Notes: generated by a model from the sequence alone, not told the origin. DNA of 64,000 nt from an uncultured Geobacter sp. (GCA_964576485.1 CAZNWF010000002.1:7006-71005), one strand, 5' to 3'; shown: positions 40,688 to 51,969, numbered from the stretch's first letter. Numbers and translations: made by a program.

Positions 40688-43033
40688 CTACCCAAGCAGC
40701 TCTTTACGCCGTTTAGCCAGATACCGTTTAATATCGCAGGCCGTATCAAAAGCCAGCACCTTGCGGGCCATGGCCTGACATAACCGCAAGGAGTGTGTGC
40801 GGATGGCCTGTTTAACCAGCGGTATACTGGGGGCTGACAAACTGAACTCACGCACCCCCATCCCCACCAATAGCAGAGCATTAAGCGGGTCAGCGGCCAT
40901 CTCACCGCACACAGAAACCTTTTTACCCATCTTTAGCCCGACATCAGCTACCCGCTTGATGGCATGCAGTACAGCTGGATGGTATGGCTCATAGTACTGC
41001 TTCACTTTAGTATTGTTTCGATCCGCTGCCAGCATGTACTGGATCAGGTCGTTGGTACCGATACTAAAGTAGTTCACCTCTGCAGCCAATCGGTCAATAA
41101 TCTGCACCGCAGCCGGCACCTCCACCATAATACCCAACGGTAATCCTCCACAGATATCGTGTCCCTGCTGGCACAGCTCCTCCACCACTGAATCAAGAAT
41201 AGCCCTGATCCGTCGCACCTCATCAAGGCAACTGATCAACGGAAACATAATGGTGGCCTGGCCAGCCGGAGCAGCTAAAAGAATGCCTGCCAGCTGCTCA
41301 CGAAAAATAGCCTCTTCATCCAGAGAAACCCGGATTGATCGCCAGCCAAGAAATGGATTATCCTCATGGGGATAACTGAAATAGGGCAGCCCTTTATCAC
41401 CGCCAATATCCAGGGTACGGATATTAACCGGTTGCCCCGGAAACCCCTCCAGTATCTTGCGATACAGCAGAGCCTGTTCCTGACGGTTGGGAAAGGAGGT
41501 GCGGGCCATATAAGGGAATTCTGTCCGATAGAGACCAACTCCTTCAGCACCATTGGCAGTAGCGGTTCTCACATCAGATAAAAGACCGATATTGGCCCGC
41601 AACAGAATTCGTGTGCCATCGCTGGTCACTGCTGGCAGATCACGCAGCGGCTCCAGCTCTTTTAAACGAGTGGTGTACTCTTTTTCAAGCCTCAGATACT
41701 CGTCCCGAACCTGCTTCTTTGGATTCAGGTAGATATGCCCGGAAGTGCCATCCACAATCACCTGATCTTTAACATTAGCAGCATGCAGCAGACCTTTAAC
41801 CCCAACCACCGCAGGTATGCCCAGGGATTTTGCCATAATGGCCGCATGTGAGTAGATATTCCCCTTTTCTGTTGCAATCCCCAGAATTTTATCATGATCA
41901 AGCATGGCCATATCAGAGGGGAATATGTCCTCCGCTACAATCACCCGCTTTTCCTTCAGCTTGACTCCGTTGTTCTCGTTTCCTTCCAGCACATCAATAA
42001 TCCGGCGACCAATATCCTCCATATCTGCGGAACGTTCCCGAAGGTACGGGTCTTCCATTGCAGAAAAGACTTCAATATAGCCCTGTACCACCTCATGTAC
42101 CGCCCGTGTGGCACCACTGCCCTGTTCAATCAGGTCATTAATCTTGTTAAGGAAACCACGGTCTTCGAGTATCATCAGGTGGGTATGAAAGATTGAGGCA
42201 TCATCTTCTGACAACAGTTCACTGACCCGTTTTTCCATATAAATGGTCTGAATCGTGACTTTTTCCAAGGCGATCCTGAACTTATGCAGTTCATCGGCAA
42301 CAGATCCAACCTTGGCAACTTTGATCACCTTGTCACTGAAGCGATCCAGGATATAGACCTTGCCATGACTGAAGCCAGGAGAAACCGCAGTACCTCCAAG
42401 TGAGCAGGACTTATCCTTTGACTCCAGTTGATCGCGGCTGCCATCACCAGGGCGATGGGTCTTAAGACGAGCCAGTTCCTGTTCATAATAGGCTCGCTCC
42501 TGCTCTTTGGTCTGGATAGAGTCAAGCAGCTTGGCATTCAGGACAATGCTGCTGATCTGAAAGGTAATGGTTCTCAGAACACTGATCTCATCCTGGGTAA
42601 AACTACGGGCTGCAACGGTCTGAACAACAATCACCCCAATCGGGGTCTTGCGTTCAAAAAGGGGCAAGCCAAGAAACGACAGATAACGTTCTTCTTTTGA
42701 ATGTTTAAAGTATTTGTAGCGAGGATGAGCCGGGGCATTATCAGTGGTAACCATGTCTCTGGTCTGTACCACCAGACCGGAAAGACCTTCTGATGTCTTC
42801 ATCGAAACAGTACCAACTGCAGTTTTTGAAAGACCCTTGGTGGCCTTTAGCACTAAAGTTTCACCATCATCTTCAAGCAGATAGATTGAGCAGACCTCAC
42901 TCACCATCCGTTTGGCTACGATGGTCACGATATTATCAAGCGTCTCCTGCAAATCATGTGAATGCAGAATGATGCTGCTGATGTCCTCCAAAGTACGGAG
43001 TCCAAGTGATTGTTGTCCCGGTTCACGCTGCAT
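40688..43033 (-). CDS. ptsP: GAF-containing PTS enzyme I (EI-Ntr type)
   Basis: N-terminal GAF; SHAAIMAKSLGIP phospho-His; GLYRTEF, RTLDIGGDK, SIGTNDLIQY, CGEMA. Confidence 0.93.
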   Translation of the reverse strand: MQREPGQQSLGLRTLEDISSIILHSHDLQETLDNIVTIVAKRMVSEVCSIYLLEDDGETLVLKATKGLSKTAVGTVSMKTSEGLSGLVVQTRDMVTTDNAPAHPRYKYFKHSKEERYLSFLGLPLFERKTPIGVIVVQTVAARSFTQDEISVLRTITFQISSIVLNAKLLDSIQTKEQERAYYEQELARLKTHRPGDGSRDQLESKDKSCSLGGTAVSPGFSHGKVYILDRFSDKVIKVAKVGSVADELHKFRIALEKVTIQTIYMEKRVSELLSEDDASIFHTHLMILEDRGFLNKINDLIEQGSGATRAVHEVVQGYIEVFSAMEDPYLRERSADMEDIGRRIIDVLEGNENNGVKLKEKRVIVAEDIFPSDMAMLDHDKILGIATEKGNIYSHAAIMAKSLGIPAVVGVKGLLHAANVKDQVIVDGTSGHIYLNPKKQVRDEYLRLEKEYTTRLKELEPLRDLPAVTSDGTRILLRANIGLLSDVRTATANGAEGVGLYRTEFPYMARTSFPNRQEQALLYRKILEGFPGQPVNIRTLDIGGDKGLPYFSYPHEDNPFLGWRSIRVSLDEEAIFREQLAGILLAAPAGQATIMFPLISCLDEVRRIRAILDSVVEELCQQGHDICGGLPLGIMVEVPAAVQIIDRLAAEVNYFSIGTNDLIQYMLAADRNNTKVKQYYEPYHPAVLHAIKRVADVGLKMGKKVSVCGEMAADPLNALLLVGMGVREFSLSAPSIPLVKQAIRTHSLRLCQAMARKVLAFDTACDIKRYLAKRRKELLG

Positions 43034-43165
43034 GCACTATCCTTCAGATAAAATATCGTTTACAGTATAAGGTAAAGTTGTCTCTTTGCAAGAGCTCTGC
43101 TTAAATTTTGCTAAAATCCTGTCTTGATGTAGTATATGGTGAACCAGATCCACACAGGAGGAACC

Positions 43166-43963
43166 ATGACCACGGAAAAGCTGCATGAAGAACTGGCCAA
43201 GGCAATTGACTTTTTAGATGCAGGAGACCCTGCCACAGCACTTCAGCTCTTGGATAGCTACTTGAAGCATACAAATGATGATGCAGATGCCTACTTTTAC
43301 CGAGGAGATGCACTGGCTGAACAAGGAAGAGTTGATGAAGCTATCAGTGCCTACCGTACCGGCCTCGGCTACACACCAGGTAATCCTGACGCCCTGACAA
43401 CCCTGGGAGACCTGTTGTTTGAAGCGGGTCAACATCAGGAAGCACTTAGGCAGTACCGGGAAGTCCTGCTTGCAGACCCTGACGATGCCGATGCTCTGGT
43501 CAGCATTGGCCTTGTCCATAATGCCCTTGATCAGACCGACGAAGCCATGTCTGCCTTTAAGTCAGCTATTGAAAAAGAGCCTGAAAATATCTTTGCCTGG
43601 AATGCTCTGGGGGATCTGTACTACGGCAGTGGTGACCATACTGCCGCCATTGACGCCTATCAAAAAGGGATTGAACTTGATCCGATGGATCCGGCTGCCT
43701 ACCATAACCTGGGAGAACTCTACTACGATCTTGAAGAGTACGAGCCTGCAGAGCAAAACTGTAAAACGGCAGTTAAACTGGCGCCTGATTTCAGTATGGC
43801 CTACCTGACCCTGGGGGGTATCTGCATGGATCAGGAGCGAATGGCGGATGCCCTCAAGTATTACCGGCTTTACCTGAAGTATGAAAAATCTCCCCAGGCT
43901 GCAGATATGCTGGCTGAGGTTAAAGCGGTGGTGGAAGGACTGCAGGAAGAATTGAAAGAATAA
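43166..43963 (+). CDS. Tetratricopeptide repeat protein
   Basis: Multiple 34-aa TPR units (AYFYRG, AWNALG, AYHNLG); start after AGGAGG. Confidence 0.9.
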   Translation: MTTEKLHEELAKAIDFLDAGDPATALQLLDSYLKHTNDDADAYFYRGDALAEQGRVDEAISAYRTGLGYTPGNPDALTTLGDLLFEAGQHQEALRQYREVLLADPDDADALVSIGLVHNALDQTDEAMSAFKSAIEKEPENIFAWNALGDLYYGSGDHTAAIDAYQKGIELDPMDPAAYHNLGELYYDLEEYEPAEQNCKTAVKLAPDFSMAYLTLGGICMDQERMADALKYYRLYLKYEKSPQAADMLAEVKAVVEGLQEELKE

Positions 43964-43973
43964 GCAGGCAATG

Positions 43974-44011
43974 AGTGAAGGGAGAGATCAAGCACCATCT
44001 CCCCCTTCACT
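43974..44011. terminator. Hairpin between convergent TPR and ackA genes
   Basis: AGTGAAGGGAGAGAT...ATCTCCCCCTTCACT near-perfect inverted repeat. Confidence 0.65.
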
Positions 44012-44020
44012 AGCCTCTGG

Positions 44021-45286
44021 CTATTTCCTTACAAAGTCCGGCTTTGCAAAGGAATACTCAAACTGCATATGGTCGGTGTAGGTGCCATCCAGAATCGCCA
44101 CCACATCCTCGGTAAAGACCAGCTCTTCATCGGTGGGGATGACATAGACCTTTACCGGAGAGTCGTCAGTGGTAATCAAGGTTTCACGCTTACGGGTCAT
44201 GGCGCCGGCATTACGCTCCCGATCAAGACAGATGCCGATATGCTCAAGCCCTTCAATCGCCTTTTCCCGAATTGCAGCCCCCATCTCCCCCACACCTGCG
44301 GTAAAGATCACAGCATCCAGCTTGCCGATGGCAGCCATATAGGCACCAATATATTTCTTCAGTCTATACGCCTCAATATCAAGGGCCAGCTGGCAACGAT
44401 GATCACCCTTGGCAGCATGCTCAATCACATCACGACGGTCAGTATAACGACCGGTAATGCCCAGAATACCACTCTTCTTGTTCAGGACACTGTCGATCTC
44501 TTTGGCAGACAAGTTTTCCTTCTGCATCATAAAGGCCGGAATAGCTGGGTCGATGTCACCACTACGGGTTCCCATCACTGCTCCCTCAAGCGGGGTAAGT
44601 CCCATACTGGTATCAACCGAAATACCATTTTTAATAGCACAGTGGGAGACACCATTACCGATATGCATGGTAATGATATTGCAGTGATCAGCTGGCTTAC
44701 CAAGCAGCACAGCAGCACGCTTTGAGACATACAAGTGTGAAGTGCCGTGAAAACCGTAACGGCGAACACCGTGGTTTTCATACCAATCATAGGGTACCGG
44801 ATAGAGGAAGGCCTGCTCCGGCATGGTCTGATGGAAAGCAGTATCAAATATCGCCACATGGGGGATAGTCGGCATCAGCAAACGGGCTGCTTCAATACCT
44901 TCAATGTTAGGTGGATTATGGAGCGGCGCCAGATGTTGCACATCCTTCACCGCATTCAGCACATCATCATCAATTTGCACCGAGCAGGTAAATTTTTCAC
45001 CACCATGCACCACCCGGTGACCAACAGCGGAAATTTCGGCTACGCTTTGCAATACGCCATATTCACGATCAGTTACCACTCTGATCACCAAGTCAATGGC
45101 TGCCTTGTGATCAGGGCAGTCCTGCTCAAGCTTAAAATTGTCCTTACCAGGAACCTCATGCACAATATACGAGTCACCAATAATGACCCGCTCAACCATC
45201 CCCTTGGCAACAACCACCTTTTTATCCCAATCAAACAACTGGTATTTGACAGATGAGCTACCGCAGTTTAACGCCATAATAATCAT
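44021..45286 (-). CDS. ackA: Acetate kinase
   Basis: NCGSSSVK, GHRVVHGG, APLHNP, YGFHGTSH, GTRSGD, PTDEE; start after AGGAGG. Confidence 0.98.
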   Translation of the reverse strand: MIIMALNCGSSSVKYQLFDWDKKVVVAKGMVERVIIGDSYIVHEVPGKDNFKLEQDCPDHKAAIDLVIRVVTDREYGVLQSVAEISAVGHRVVHGGEKFTCSVQIDDDVLNAVKDVQHLAPLHNPPNIEGIEAARLLMPTIPHVAIFDTAFHQTMPEQAFLYPVPYDWYENHGVRRYGFHGTSHLYVSKRAAVLLGKPADHCNIITMHIGNGVSHCAIKNGISVDTSMGLTPLEGAVMGTRSGDIDPAIPAFMMQKENLSAKEIDSVLNKKSGILGITGRYTDRRDVIEHAAKGDHRCQLALDIEAYRLKKYIGAYMAAIGKLDAVIFTAGVGEMGAAIREKAIEGLEHIGICLDRERNAGAMTRKRETLITTDDSPVKVYVIPTDEELVFTEDVVAILDGTYTDHMQFEYSFAKPDFVRK

Positions 45287-45542
45287 ACATTTTCCTCCTG
45301 AATAAACAGAGATCAAGACATTATTTTAAGTAAAAAAACATTAGTCAGATTAAACCATTTACGCAATAATAAAACTGCATTTGATATATCATGGCGTTTG
45401 AATAAAATTCAACCAATTTATGAAGACCCCCAATGAAATCCCGTATACAGTTTTTCTGGACATTTTACCGGTGCTGTGGTAACACGTTCACGCCTTTGTA
45501 GAAAGGCCAACCAATTTTTAACTATTCTTAGGAGGTAGAACC

Positions 45543-45710
45543 GTGGCACACACTATTACTGATGATTGCACCAACTGCGCAGCATGTGAAGATTCCTGTC
45601 CTGTAAACGCAATTAGTGAGCAAAGCGGCAAGCGCGTTATCGACGCTGACACCTGCATCGACTGCGGTGCCTGCGTAGACACCTGCCCTGTCAGCGCAAT
45701 TCACGCCTAG
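45543..45710 (+). CDS. 2[4Fe-4S] ferredoxin, 55 aa; not in the ORF track
   Basis: AGGAGG RBS + GTG; MAHTITDDCTNCAACEDSCPVNAISEQSGKRVIDADTCIDCGACVDTCPVSAIHA with two CxxCxxCxxxCP motifs. Confidence 0.97.
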   Translation: MAHTITDDCTNCAACEDSCPVNAISEQSGKRVIDADTCIDCGACVDTCPVSAIHA

Positions 45711-45735
45711 TTGAACTGAGGCACCCCATGAACGC

Positions 45736-45767
45736 AGAAAAGGCCCGGAGTTATCCGGGCCTTTTCT
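45736..45767. terminator. Bidirectional Rho-independent terminator
   Basis: AGAAAAGGCCCGGA-GTTA-TCCGGGCCTTTTCT. Confidence 0.9.
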
Positions 45768-45793
45768 AATTCTATTCCCTATCTAAACTTACT

Positions 45794-46321
45794 TTAGCGA
45801 CAGTAGCGTTCTTTTTCACTATAGATACAACCACAATACTGCTGGCGGTACAGCCCTGATTCTTTTGAACGCCGGATCCCCTCCTGCCAACCGGGCCTGA
45901 AATCCCGATACAAAAACGGTATTCCTTGCTTTTCTGCTGCCTCTTCCGCCTTCTCACGCATCAGGTCATGATTTTGATAACGACTGTAAAAAAGCGACGA
46001 GCTAAAGGCATCAAAACCACCTTCCTTTGCAGCTACTGCCACAGCATCCAGACGAGAGGCATAACAGTAACCACAACGTTTATCCGGCTCTGAAGCCACG
46101 TTGGCAAGAAACTCCTCCAGCCGGTACTGGTCCCGAACTATCAGCTGCATCCCCTCCTGATCAGCCATCTGTTGTGCCGCATCACGCCGCCTGACAAATT
46201 CCTGATAGGGATGAATATTGTGGTTATAGAAGAAACCGGTAACCTCCATCCCCTCACTGCGCAGGGTAGCCAGGGGATAGAGTGCACAGGGACCACAGCA
46301 GGTATGTAACAGTACGCGCAT
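45794..46321 (-). CDS. queH: Epoxyqueuosine reductase QueH
   Basis: LLHTCCGPC, FYNHNIHP, RCGYCYASRL, LYRQQYCGCIYS. Confidence 0.92.
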   Translation of the reverse strand: MRVLLHTCCGPCALYPLATLRSEGMEVTGFFYNHNIHPYQEFVRRRDAAQQMADQEGMQLIVRDQYRLEEFLANVASEPDKRCGYCYASRLDAVAVAAKEGGFDAFSSSLFYSRYQNHDLMREKAEEAAEKQGIPFLYRDFRPGWQEGIRRSKESGLYRQQYCGCIYSEKERYCR

Positions 46322-47526
46322 CAGACCTTTTCCAGCAGATGGCCCAGCTTGTCACGCTTGGTCCTCAGATAGCCTTTGTTTGAACAGGTGGGACTGGCCT
46401 CTATCTGCACCCGATCCACAATTTCAATGCCATACCCCTGCAGACCAACCAGCTTACGAGGATTGTTAGTCAAAAGACGTATTTTACGGAGCCCCAAGGC
46501 CACCAGAATCTGGGCGCCAACCCCGTAGTCACGCATATCAGCCTTAAAACCAAGCTGATGGTTGGCCTCAACCGTATCCATACCCTGATCTTGCAGTTCG
46601 TAAGCCTTCAATTTATTGATCAGGCCGATCCCGCGACCTTCCTGGCGCATGTAGAGGATAACGCCCCGCCCTTCTCTATCAATCGCCTCCATTGCCTTGT
46701 GCAGTTGATCGCCACAATCACAACGTTGAGAGCCCATCACATCCCCGGTCAGGCACTCAGAATGTACCCGCACCAGCACCGATTCATCGCCGGAGAGATC
46801 TCCTTTGATCAGGGCAATATGGTCCAGCTTGTCCACATCATTTTCAAAGGCAACCACCCGCCAGTCACCACCGTAACGGGACGGCAGTTTGGCATCGGCA
46901 ACAGGCCGCACCAGATGCTCATGTTTCAGGCGATAGGCAACCAGATCAGCAACGGTACAGATCTTCAAACTATGTTCTTTGGCAAATGTCCGTAATTCCG
47001 GCATACGGGACATGCTGCCATCATCATTCATGATCTCACAAATAACACCAGCCGGTGTCAAACCGGCAAGACGGGCAAGATCAACCGACCCTTCGGTCTG
47101 CCCCGTACGCACCAGCACCCCCCCCGGCTTGGCACGCAGCGGAAAGATATGACCAGGGCTGACCAGATCAGCTGCCGACGCATTGGGGGCCACTGCGGTT
47201 AAAACCGTATGGGAACGGTCAGCAGCAGAAATACCGGTGGTAACGCCACGTTTTGCCTCAATTGAAACCGTAAAGGCGGTTTCAAAGGGGGAAGTATTAT
47301 CCCGCACCATCGGCTTCAGCCCCAAGGCATCACATTTATCCGGAGTAAGGGTCAGGCAGATCAGCCCCCGACCATACTTGGCCATGAAGTTAATTGCCTC
47401 CGGGGTAGCCATCTCGGCTGCCATGGTCAGGTCACCTTCGTTCTCCCTGTCTTCATCATCCACCAGAATCACCATCTTACCCTGACGGATATCCTCTATT
47501 GCCTCTTCAATTGTACATACACCCAT
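46321..47526 (-). CDS. ribBA: Bifunctional DHBP synthase / GTP cyclohydrolase II
   Basis: [36 protein letters not shown]. Confidence 0.98.
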   Translation of the reverse strand: MGVCTIEEAIEDIRQGKMVILVDDEDRENEGDLTMAAEMATPEAINFMAKYGRGLICLTLTPDKCDALGLKPMVRDNTSPFETAFTVSIEAKRGVTTGISAADRSHTVLTAVAPNASAADLVSPGHIFPLRAKPGGVLVRTGQTEGSVDLARLAGLTPAGVICEIMNDDGSMSRMPELRTFAKEHSLKICTVADLVAYRLKHEHLVRPVADAKLPSRYGGDWRVVAFENDVDKLDHIALIKGDLSGDESVLVRVHSECLTGDVMGSQRCDCGDQLHKAMEAIDREGRGVILYMRQEGRGIGLINKLKAYELQDQGMDTVEANHQLGFKADMRDYGVGAQILVALGLRKIRLLTNNPRKLVGLQGYGIEIVDRVQIEASPTCSNKGYLRTKRDKLGHLLEKV

Positions 47527-47543
47527 TGCTACGCTTTCCTCTC

Positions 47544-48185
47544 TCAGACAAAACCGTTCTGCATCAATTTTCCCATAGTAAGACCGCCACTACTGGCATG
47601 GGGGCCAACCAGTCGAGCCACATATTTTCCAACAACATCAGTCTCAATATTCACTTCTCTACCAGGCTTGACATCTGCAAACGTGGTTTTCCCAAGGGTA
47701 TGGGGGATGATTGAGACCGTAAAACCGCTGTCAGTAACGCTATTCACGGTCAGGCTGATACCGTCAATTGCCACTGATCCCTTTTCCACCAGCATCCGGG
47801 CCTGTTCACGGGGCAGACTGAACCCAAGAACGACCGCATTGCCCTGGTTCACACGGGTTTCCAGCCGCCCGACACAGTCAATATGCCCGGTTACCAGATG
47901 TCCATCCAGACGACCTCCAAGGCGCAAAGCCCGTTCAAGATTAACCGGACTCCCCGCTTGAGAGGCCGCAAAGGTAGTCCGCGTCACGGTTTCTGGTGAG
48001 ACATCAAAACTGAAGCGATCTCCCTGCATCCCGATCACTGTCAGACAGGCGCCGTTCACGGCAATTGAATCACCGATATGGATCTCACCCGCTGGCAAAG
48101 ACGCTGCAACTTCAAGCACGGCACGCTCACCTCCGCGACGTAAGCTCACCACACGTCCGGTACACTCGATCAGGCCGGTGAACAT
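47544..48185 (-). CDS. ribE: Riboflavin synthase (alpha subunit)
   Basis: MFTGLIE, SIAVNGACLT, GHLVTGHID, VNIETD. Confidence 0.97.
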   Translation of the reverse strand: MFTGLIECTGRVVSLRRGGERAVLEVAASLPAGEIHIGDSIAVNGACLTVIGMQGDRFSFDVSPETVTRTTFAASQAGSPVNLERALRLGGRLDGHLVTGHIDCVGRLETRVNQGNAVVLGFSLPREQARMLVEKGSVAIDGISLTVNSVTDSGFTVSIIPHTLGKTTFADVKPGREVNIETDVVGKYVARLVGPHASSGGLTMGKLMQNGFV

Positions 48186-49273
48186 ACACCCACCGGTCTG
48201 GCATAGACCACCACATCAGGGCCGGACATACCTACCCGTTGTACTTCCAGCTGAATAGCCTGATCCATCGAACTGATCCCTTGTATGGCAAAGGGAGCGA
48301 AACCATTCCCCACAACCTTTGGAGCATAGAAAAAAATACATTCATCAATTAACTTACGTTGTAACAGATCACCTGCCAGACGGCTTCCGCCTTCCACCAG
48401 GATGCTCTGCACCCCCTTGACAGCCAGTTTGTGCAACAGATCCGTCATTTCAACCCTGCCATCATATTCACGACAGACCAGTATTTCAGCCCCTTGCAAC
48501 AGATACCGCTGATGGAATGCAGGATTAGCCTCACAGGTGGCGATGATGGTTTTACTGGCATTGGTGGCATTCAATACATGCACACTTTCAGGGGTGCGCA
48601 ATCGGGTATCCACAATCACCCGCAACGGGTCTCGCCCCTTGACATGGCGGACCGTCAATTGCGGATTATCGACAATCACCGTATCCACCCCCACCATAAC
48701 CGCATCACAATGGGACCGCAGGCGATGTACAAAACGGCGGGACTCTTCACCGGTAACCCAACGGGAATGTCCGGTGACGGTTGCAATATTACCATCCAGC
48801 GTCATGGCTGACTTGTAAATCAGGTACGGCATACCGGTGGTAACCGCTTTAATAAAACCTTTGTTCAAGGCCTGACACTGTTTTTCCAGCAGTCCCACCT
48901 CAACCCTGACACCAGCCTGACGAAGCTTCTGCAATCCGTTGCCAGCCACCTGCAAAAAGGGATCAACCATACCAGCCACCACCCGCCGTACGCCAGCAGC
49001 AATCAGTGCGTCACAACAGGGAGGAGTCTTGCCGTGGTGACAGCAGGGTTCAAGTGTCACATAGACATCAGCATCTTTGGCTGCTGTACCGGCCATGGCC
49101 AGTGCATGCACCTCGGCATGGGGGGTACCGGCCGCACGGTGCCACCCCTCCCCCACAATTACCCCGTCACGCACAATCACGCAGCCTACTGCGGGATTAG
49201 GGGCAGTCCTGCCTATCCCTTTACGGGCAAGGGAAAGTGCCCTTCTCATGTATGTAATGTCTGTTTTTGGCAT
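48170..49273 (-). CDS. ribD: Riboflavin biosynthesis deaminase/reductase
   Basis: PNPAVG, HAE, TLEPCCH...PPC, EGG. Confidence 0.98.
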   Translation of the reverse strand: MPKTDITYMRRALSLARKGIGRTAPNPAVGCVIVRDGVIVGEGWHRAAGTPHAEVHALAMAGTAAKDADVYVTLEPCCHHGKTPPCCDALIAAGVRRVVAGMVDPFLQVAGNGLQKLRQAGVRVEVGLLEKQCQALNKGFIKAVTTGMPYLIYKSAMTLDGNIATVTGHSRWVTGEESRRFVHRLRSHCDAVMVGVDTVIVDNPQLTVRHVKGRDPLRVIVDTRLRTPESVHVLNATNASKTIIATCEANPAFHQRYLLQGAEILVCREYDGRVEMTDLLHKLAVKGVQSILVEGGSRLAGDLLQRKLIDECIFFYAPKVVGNGFAPFAIQGISSMDQAIQLEVQRVGMSGPDVVVYARPVGVCSPA

Positions 49274-49281
49274 CCCGCCCT

Positions 49282-49734
49282 CTACTTTTTCAGCAGGTCC
49301 TGCAGTTCAACCATAAATTCGTTGATGTCTTTAAAAGAACGATAGACTGATGCAAAGCGGACATAGGCCACCTGATCTACGGCATGCAGCTCGTTCATAA
49401 TCCATTCACCGATTAATGATGCCTGTATCTCCCGCTCACCGCATTCCTGAAGACGGGTTTCCAACCGGTCCGTCATCCGCTCGATATCCTCAACAGAAAC
49501 CGGGCGTTTTTCACAGGCCTTCTTGATACCGGAGATTACCTTCATCCGGTCAAAGTGTTCCCGCCGCCCATCCTTTTTACAAACCAGCGGCAACATTTCC
49601 TCCACCCGTTCATAGGTGGTAAACCGCTTGGCGCACTCCTCACACTCTCTACGGCGACGGATAACCGCCCCACCTTTGTCAGGCCGGGAATCAACGACTT
49701 TACTATCTGGATGGCCGCAAAACGGACACTTCAT
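49282..49734 (-). CDS. nrdR: Transcriptional repressor NrdR
   Basis: MKCPFC...RRRREC..C..RFTTYE, ATP-cone, AYVRFASVY. Confidence 0.99.
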   Translation of the reverse strand: MKCPFCGHPDSKVVDSRPDKGGAVIRRRRECEECAKRFTTYERVEEMLPLVCKKDGRREHFDRMKVISGIKKACEKRPVSVEDIERMTDRLETRLQECGEREIQASLIGEWIMNELHAVDQVAYVRFASVYRSFKDINEFMVELQDLLKK

Positions 49735-50201
49735 GGGGTTTCTCCTCCGATTGTGCCACGCTCAAAATGAACCACCTCAATCCCGCTTTCTTCCACCATT
49801 TCACGGGCAAGCTCATCAGCGTACCCTTCGGCATACACGATCCTCTTGATACCGGCATTAATCAGCATCTTGGTGCAGATAATACAGGGCATGGTGGTGC
49901 AGTACAGGGTGGAACCATCAATATTGACGCCATGCCGGGCTGCCTGAATAATGGCGTTCTGCTCGGCATGTAACCCACGGCACAGCTCATGACGTTCGCC
50001 AGAGGGTACTTTCAGCCGCTCCCGCAGACAGCCGGCTTCCTCGCAGTGACGTATACCGGAAGGGGTCCCGTTATATCCGGTGGCCAGAATATTACGATCC
50101 TTGACCAGCAGCGCGCCAACCTGCCGTCGCAGACAAGTTGAGCGGGTTGCCACCAGAAGGGTGATATCAATAAAATACTGGTCCCAGGTCGGACGGGCCA
50201 T
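49731..50201 (-). CDS. dCMP deaminase family protein
   Basis: [30 protein letters not shown]. Confidence 0.93.
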   Translation of the reverse strand: MARPTWDQYFIDITLLVATRSTCLRRQVGALLVKDRNILATGYNGTPSGIRHCEEAGCLRERLKVPSGERHELCRGLHAEQNAIIQAARHGVNIDGSTLYCTTMPCIICTKMLINAGIKRIVYAEGYADELAREMVEESGIEVVHFERGTIGGETP

Positions 50202-50280
50202 AGCAGCTCCTGCTTGCAAAATCTTTTTACCACGTTATCCTATAAACCATACTTGTATGCAGGTCAATAACGGGGGAACC

Positions 50281-51969
50281 ATGCAGGCCAGGATACTGCT
50301 TGTAGATGACGAAATTCAGATCAGCCGCCTGATCAGCACGGTCCTTGGCAGTGATGGACACCAGACTGACGTAGCCCATACCTGCCATGACGCACTTACC
50401 TTAATCGGGCAACAGTCCTACGATGTCATCTTTATTGATATCATGCTGGATAAAAATCAAGGCGGTTTGGCACTGCTGAAGACAGCCACAACGCTCTCCC
50501 CCACCAGTCGGGTAGTTATGATGACCGGCTACCCGGATGTTGCCACCGCAACTGAATCGATCCGTTACGGTGCCTTTGATTATCTCTGCAAACCGTTTGA
50601 TAGTCTGCAGATCAGCAGCGTTACCCGCCATGCCATTGAAAACCGTAAACTTCATCTTGAGCGGGAGCAGTTCCGAGCCAATCTTGAAGCGATTAACCGC
50701 AGCATCAGTGACGCCATCATCATGGTGGATCAGCACCTTCAGCTACAGCACCTGAACGATGCAGCCCTGCAATGCGGCTACAGCGTTGATCAGCTCGGTC
50801 AAGCAATTGACCAACTAAACACGGGCTGCAACGGTAGTTGCCGCATGGCACTGGCCGAAACCGTCAGAACCGGTCAACGACAGGAACTGAAACGGATCGA
50901 ATGCCGTGGAAATGGTAGCCGCACCAGGATTGTCAGTGTTATCGCCACCCCAACCACCAGTGAAGATGGACACCGCACCGGAGCTGTAGCGGTCATACGC
51001 GATGAAACCGAACTGGATGCCATGGAGCGGCAGTTACAGCAGCGCAGTCACTTTCACACCATTATCGGTCGCGCACCAATCATGCAGCAACTCTTCACCC
51101 GAATCGAGGCATTGGCAGATGTAACCAGTACCGTCCTGATCTGCGGTGAAAGCGGCACCGGCAAAGAGTTGGTGGCCCAGGCACTACACGAATGCGGCAC
51201 CAGGAAGCAAAAGCCGTTTATCAAGCTTAACTGTTCAGCGTTGCCGGAAGGATTACTGGAAAGCGAGCTGTTCGGCCATGTGCGAGGCGCCTTTACCGGC
51301 GCCATTAAAGACAAGATGGGCCGTTTCCAAAAGGCCCATGGTGGCACCATCTTTCTGGATGAGATCGGCGATATCTCGCCAGCCCTGCAGATCCGGCTGT
51401 TACGGGTACTGCAGGAACGGGAGATAGAGCGGGTTGGTGACACAACACCGATCAAGATTGATGTACGGGTACTTGCTGCCACCCACCGCAACCTGCAGGA
51501 CAAGGTACGGCGAGGAGAATTTCGACAGGATCTCTACTACCGCCTGAATGTAGTGCGCCTTGATGTGCCTCCCCTGCGAAACCGACTGGAAGACCTTCCC
51601 CTGTTGGTTGAGCATTTCCTACTCAAGTTTTCACACAAATTCAACCGCACCTGCAGCCGTCTTTCCGAAGATGTGCTGGCTGCCTTCCGCAACCATTCCT
51701 GGCCCGGCAATATCCGTGAGCTGGAACACCTGATGGAACACGCCTGCATCCTCAGCCACAGCTCAATCATCACCTCGGATGACCTTCCAACTGAATTTTT
51801 CAGCACTATTGGTCACCGGGCTGAAACCAGTCACCCTCAACAAGCCCATCCAACGATTGATCTGCAGGAGGCTTTGCGGCGCACGCAGGGCAACCGCACT
51901 GAAGCTGCAAAACTGCTGGGCATCAGTCGCCGAACGTTTTACCGCTGGCTTGAACAGCAAACAGCCTAG
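50281..51969 (+). CDS. Sigma54-dependent activator, REC-PAS-AAA+-Fis HTH
   Basis: GESGTGKE, ESELFGH..GAFTGA, FLDEIGD, WPGNIREL, AAKLLGISRRT; start ATG 50281 after GGGGG. Confidence 0.95.
   Translation: MQARILLVDDEIQISRLISTVLGSDGHQTDVAHTCHDALTLIGQQSYDVIFIDIMLDKNQGGLALLKTATTLSPTSRVVMMTGYPDVATATESIRYGAFDYLCKPFDSLQISSVTRHAIENRKLHLEREQFRANLEAINRSISDAIIMVDQHLQLQHLNDAALQCGYSVDQLGQAIDQLNTGCNGSCRMALAETVRTGQRQELKRIECRGNGSRTRIVSVIATPTTSEDGHRTGAVAVIRDETELDAMERQLQQRSHFHTIIGRAPIMQQLFTRIEALADVTSTVLICGESGTGKELVAQALHECGTRKQKPFIKLNCSALPEGLLESELFGHVRGAFTGAIKDKMGRFQKAHGGTIFLDEIGDISPALQIRLLRVLQEREIERVGDTTPIKIDVRVLAATHRNLQDKVRRGEFRQDLYYRLNVVRLDVPPLRNRLEDLPLLVEHFLLKFSHKFNRTCSRLSEDVLAAFRNHSWPGNIRELEHLMEHACILSHSSIITSDDLPTEFFSTIGHRAETSHPQQAHPTIDLQEALRRTQGNRTEAAKLLGISRRTFYRWLEQQTA

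Noticed and set aside
50080..50280. N-terminal extensions given by the ORF track (also for hisS, guaA, coaD, otr, hrpB, ackA, cheX)
   Set aside because: They overlap neighbouring genes or lack an RBS; downstream starts with an RBS match the family N-termini
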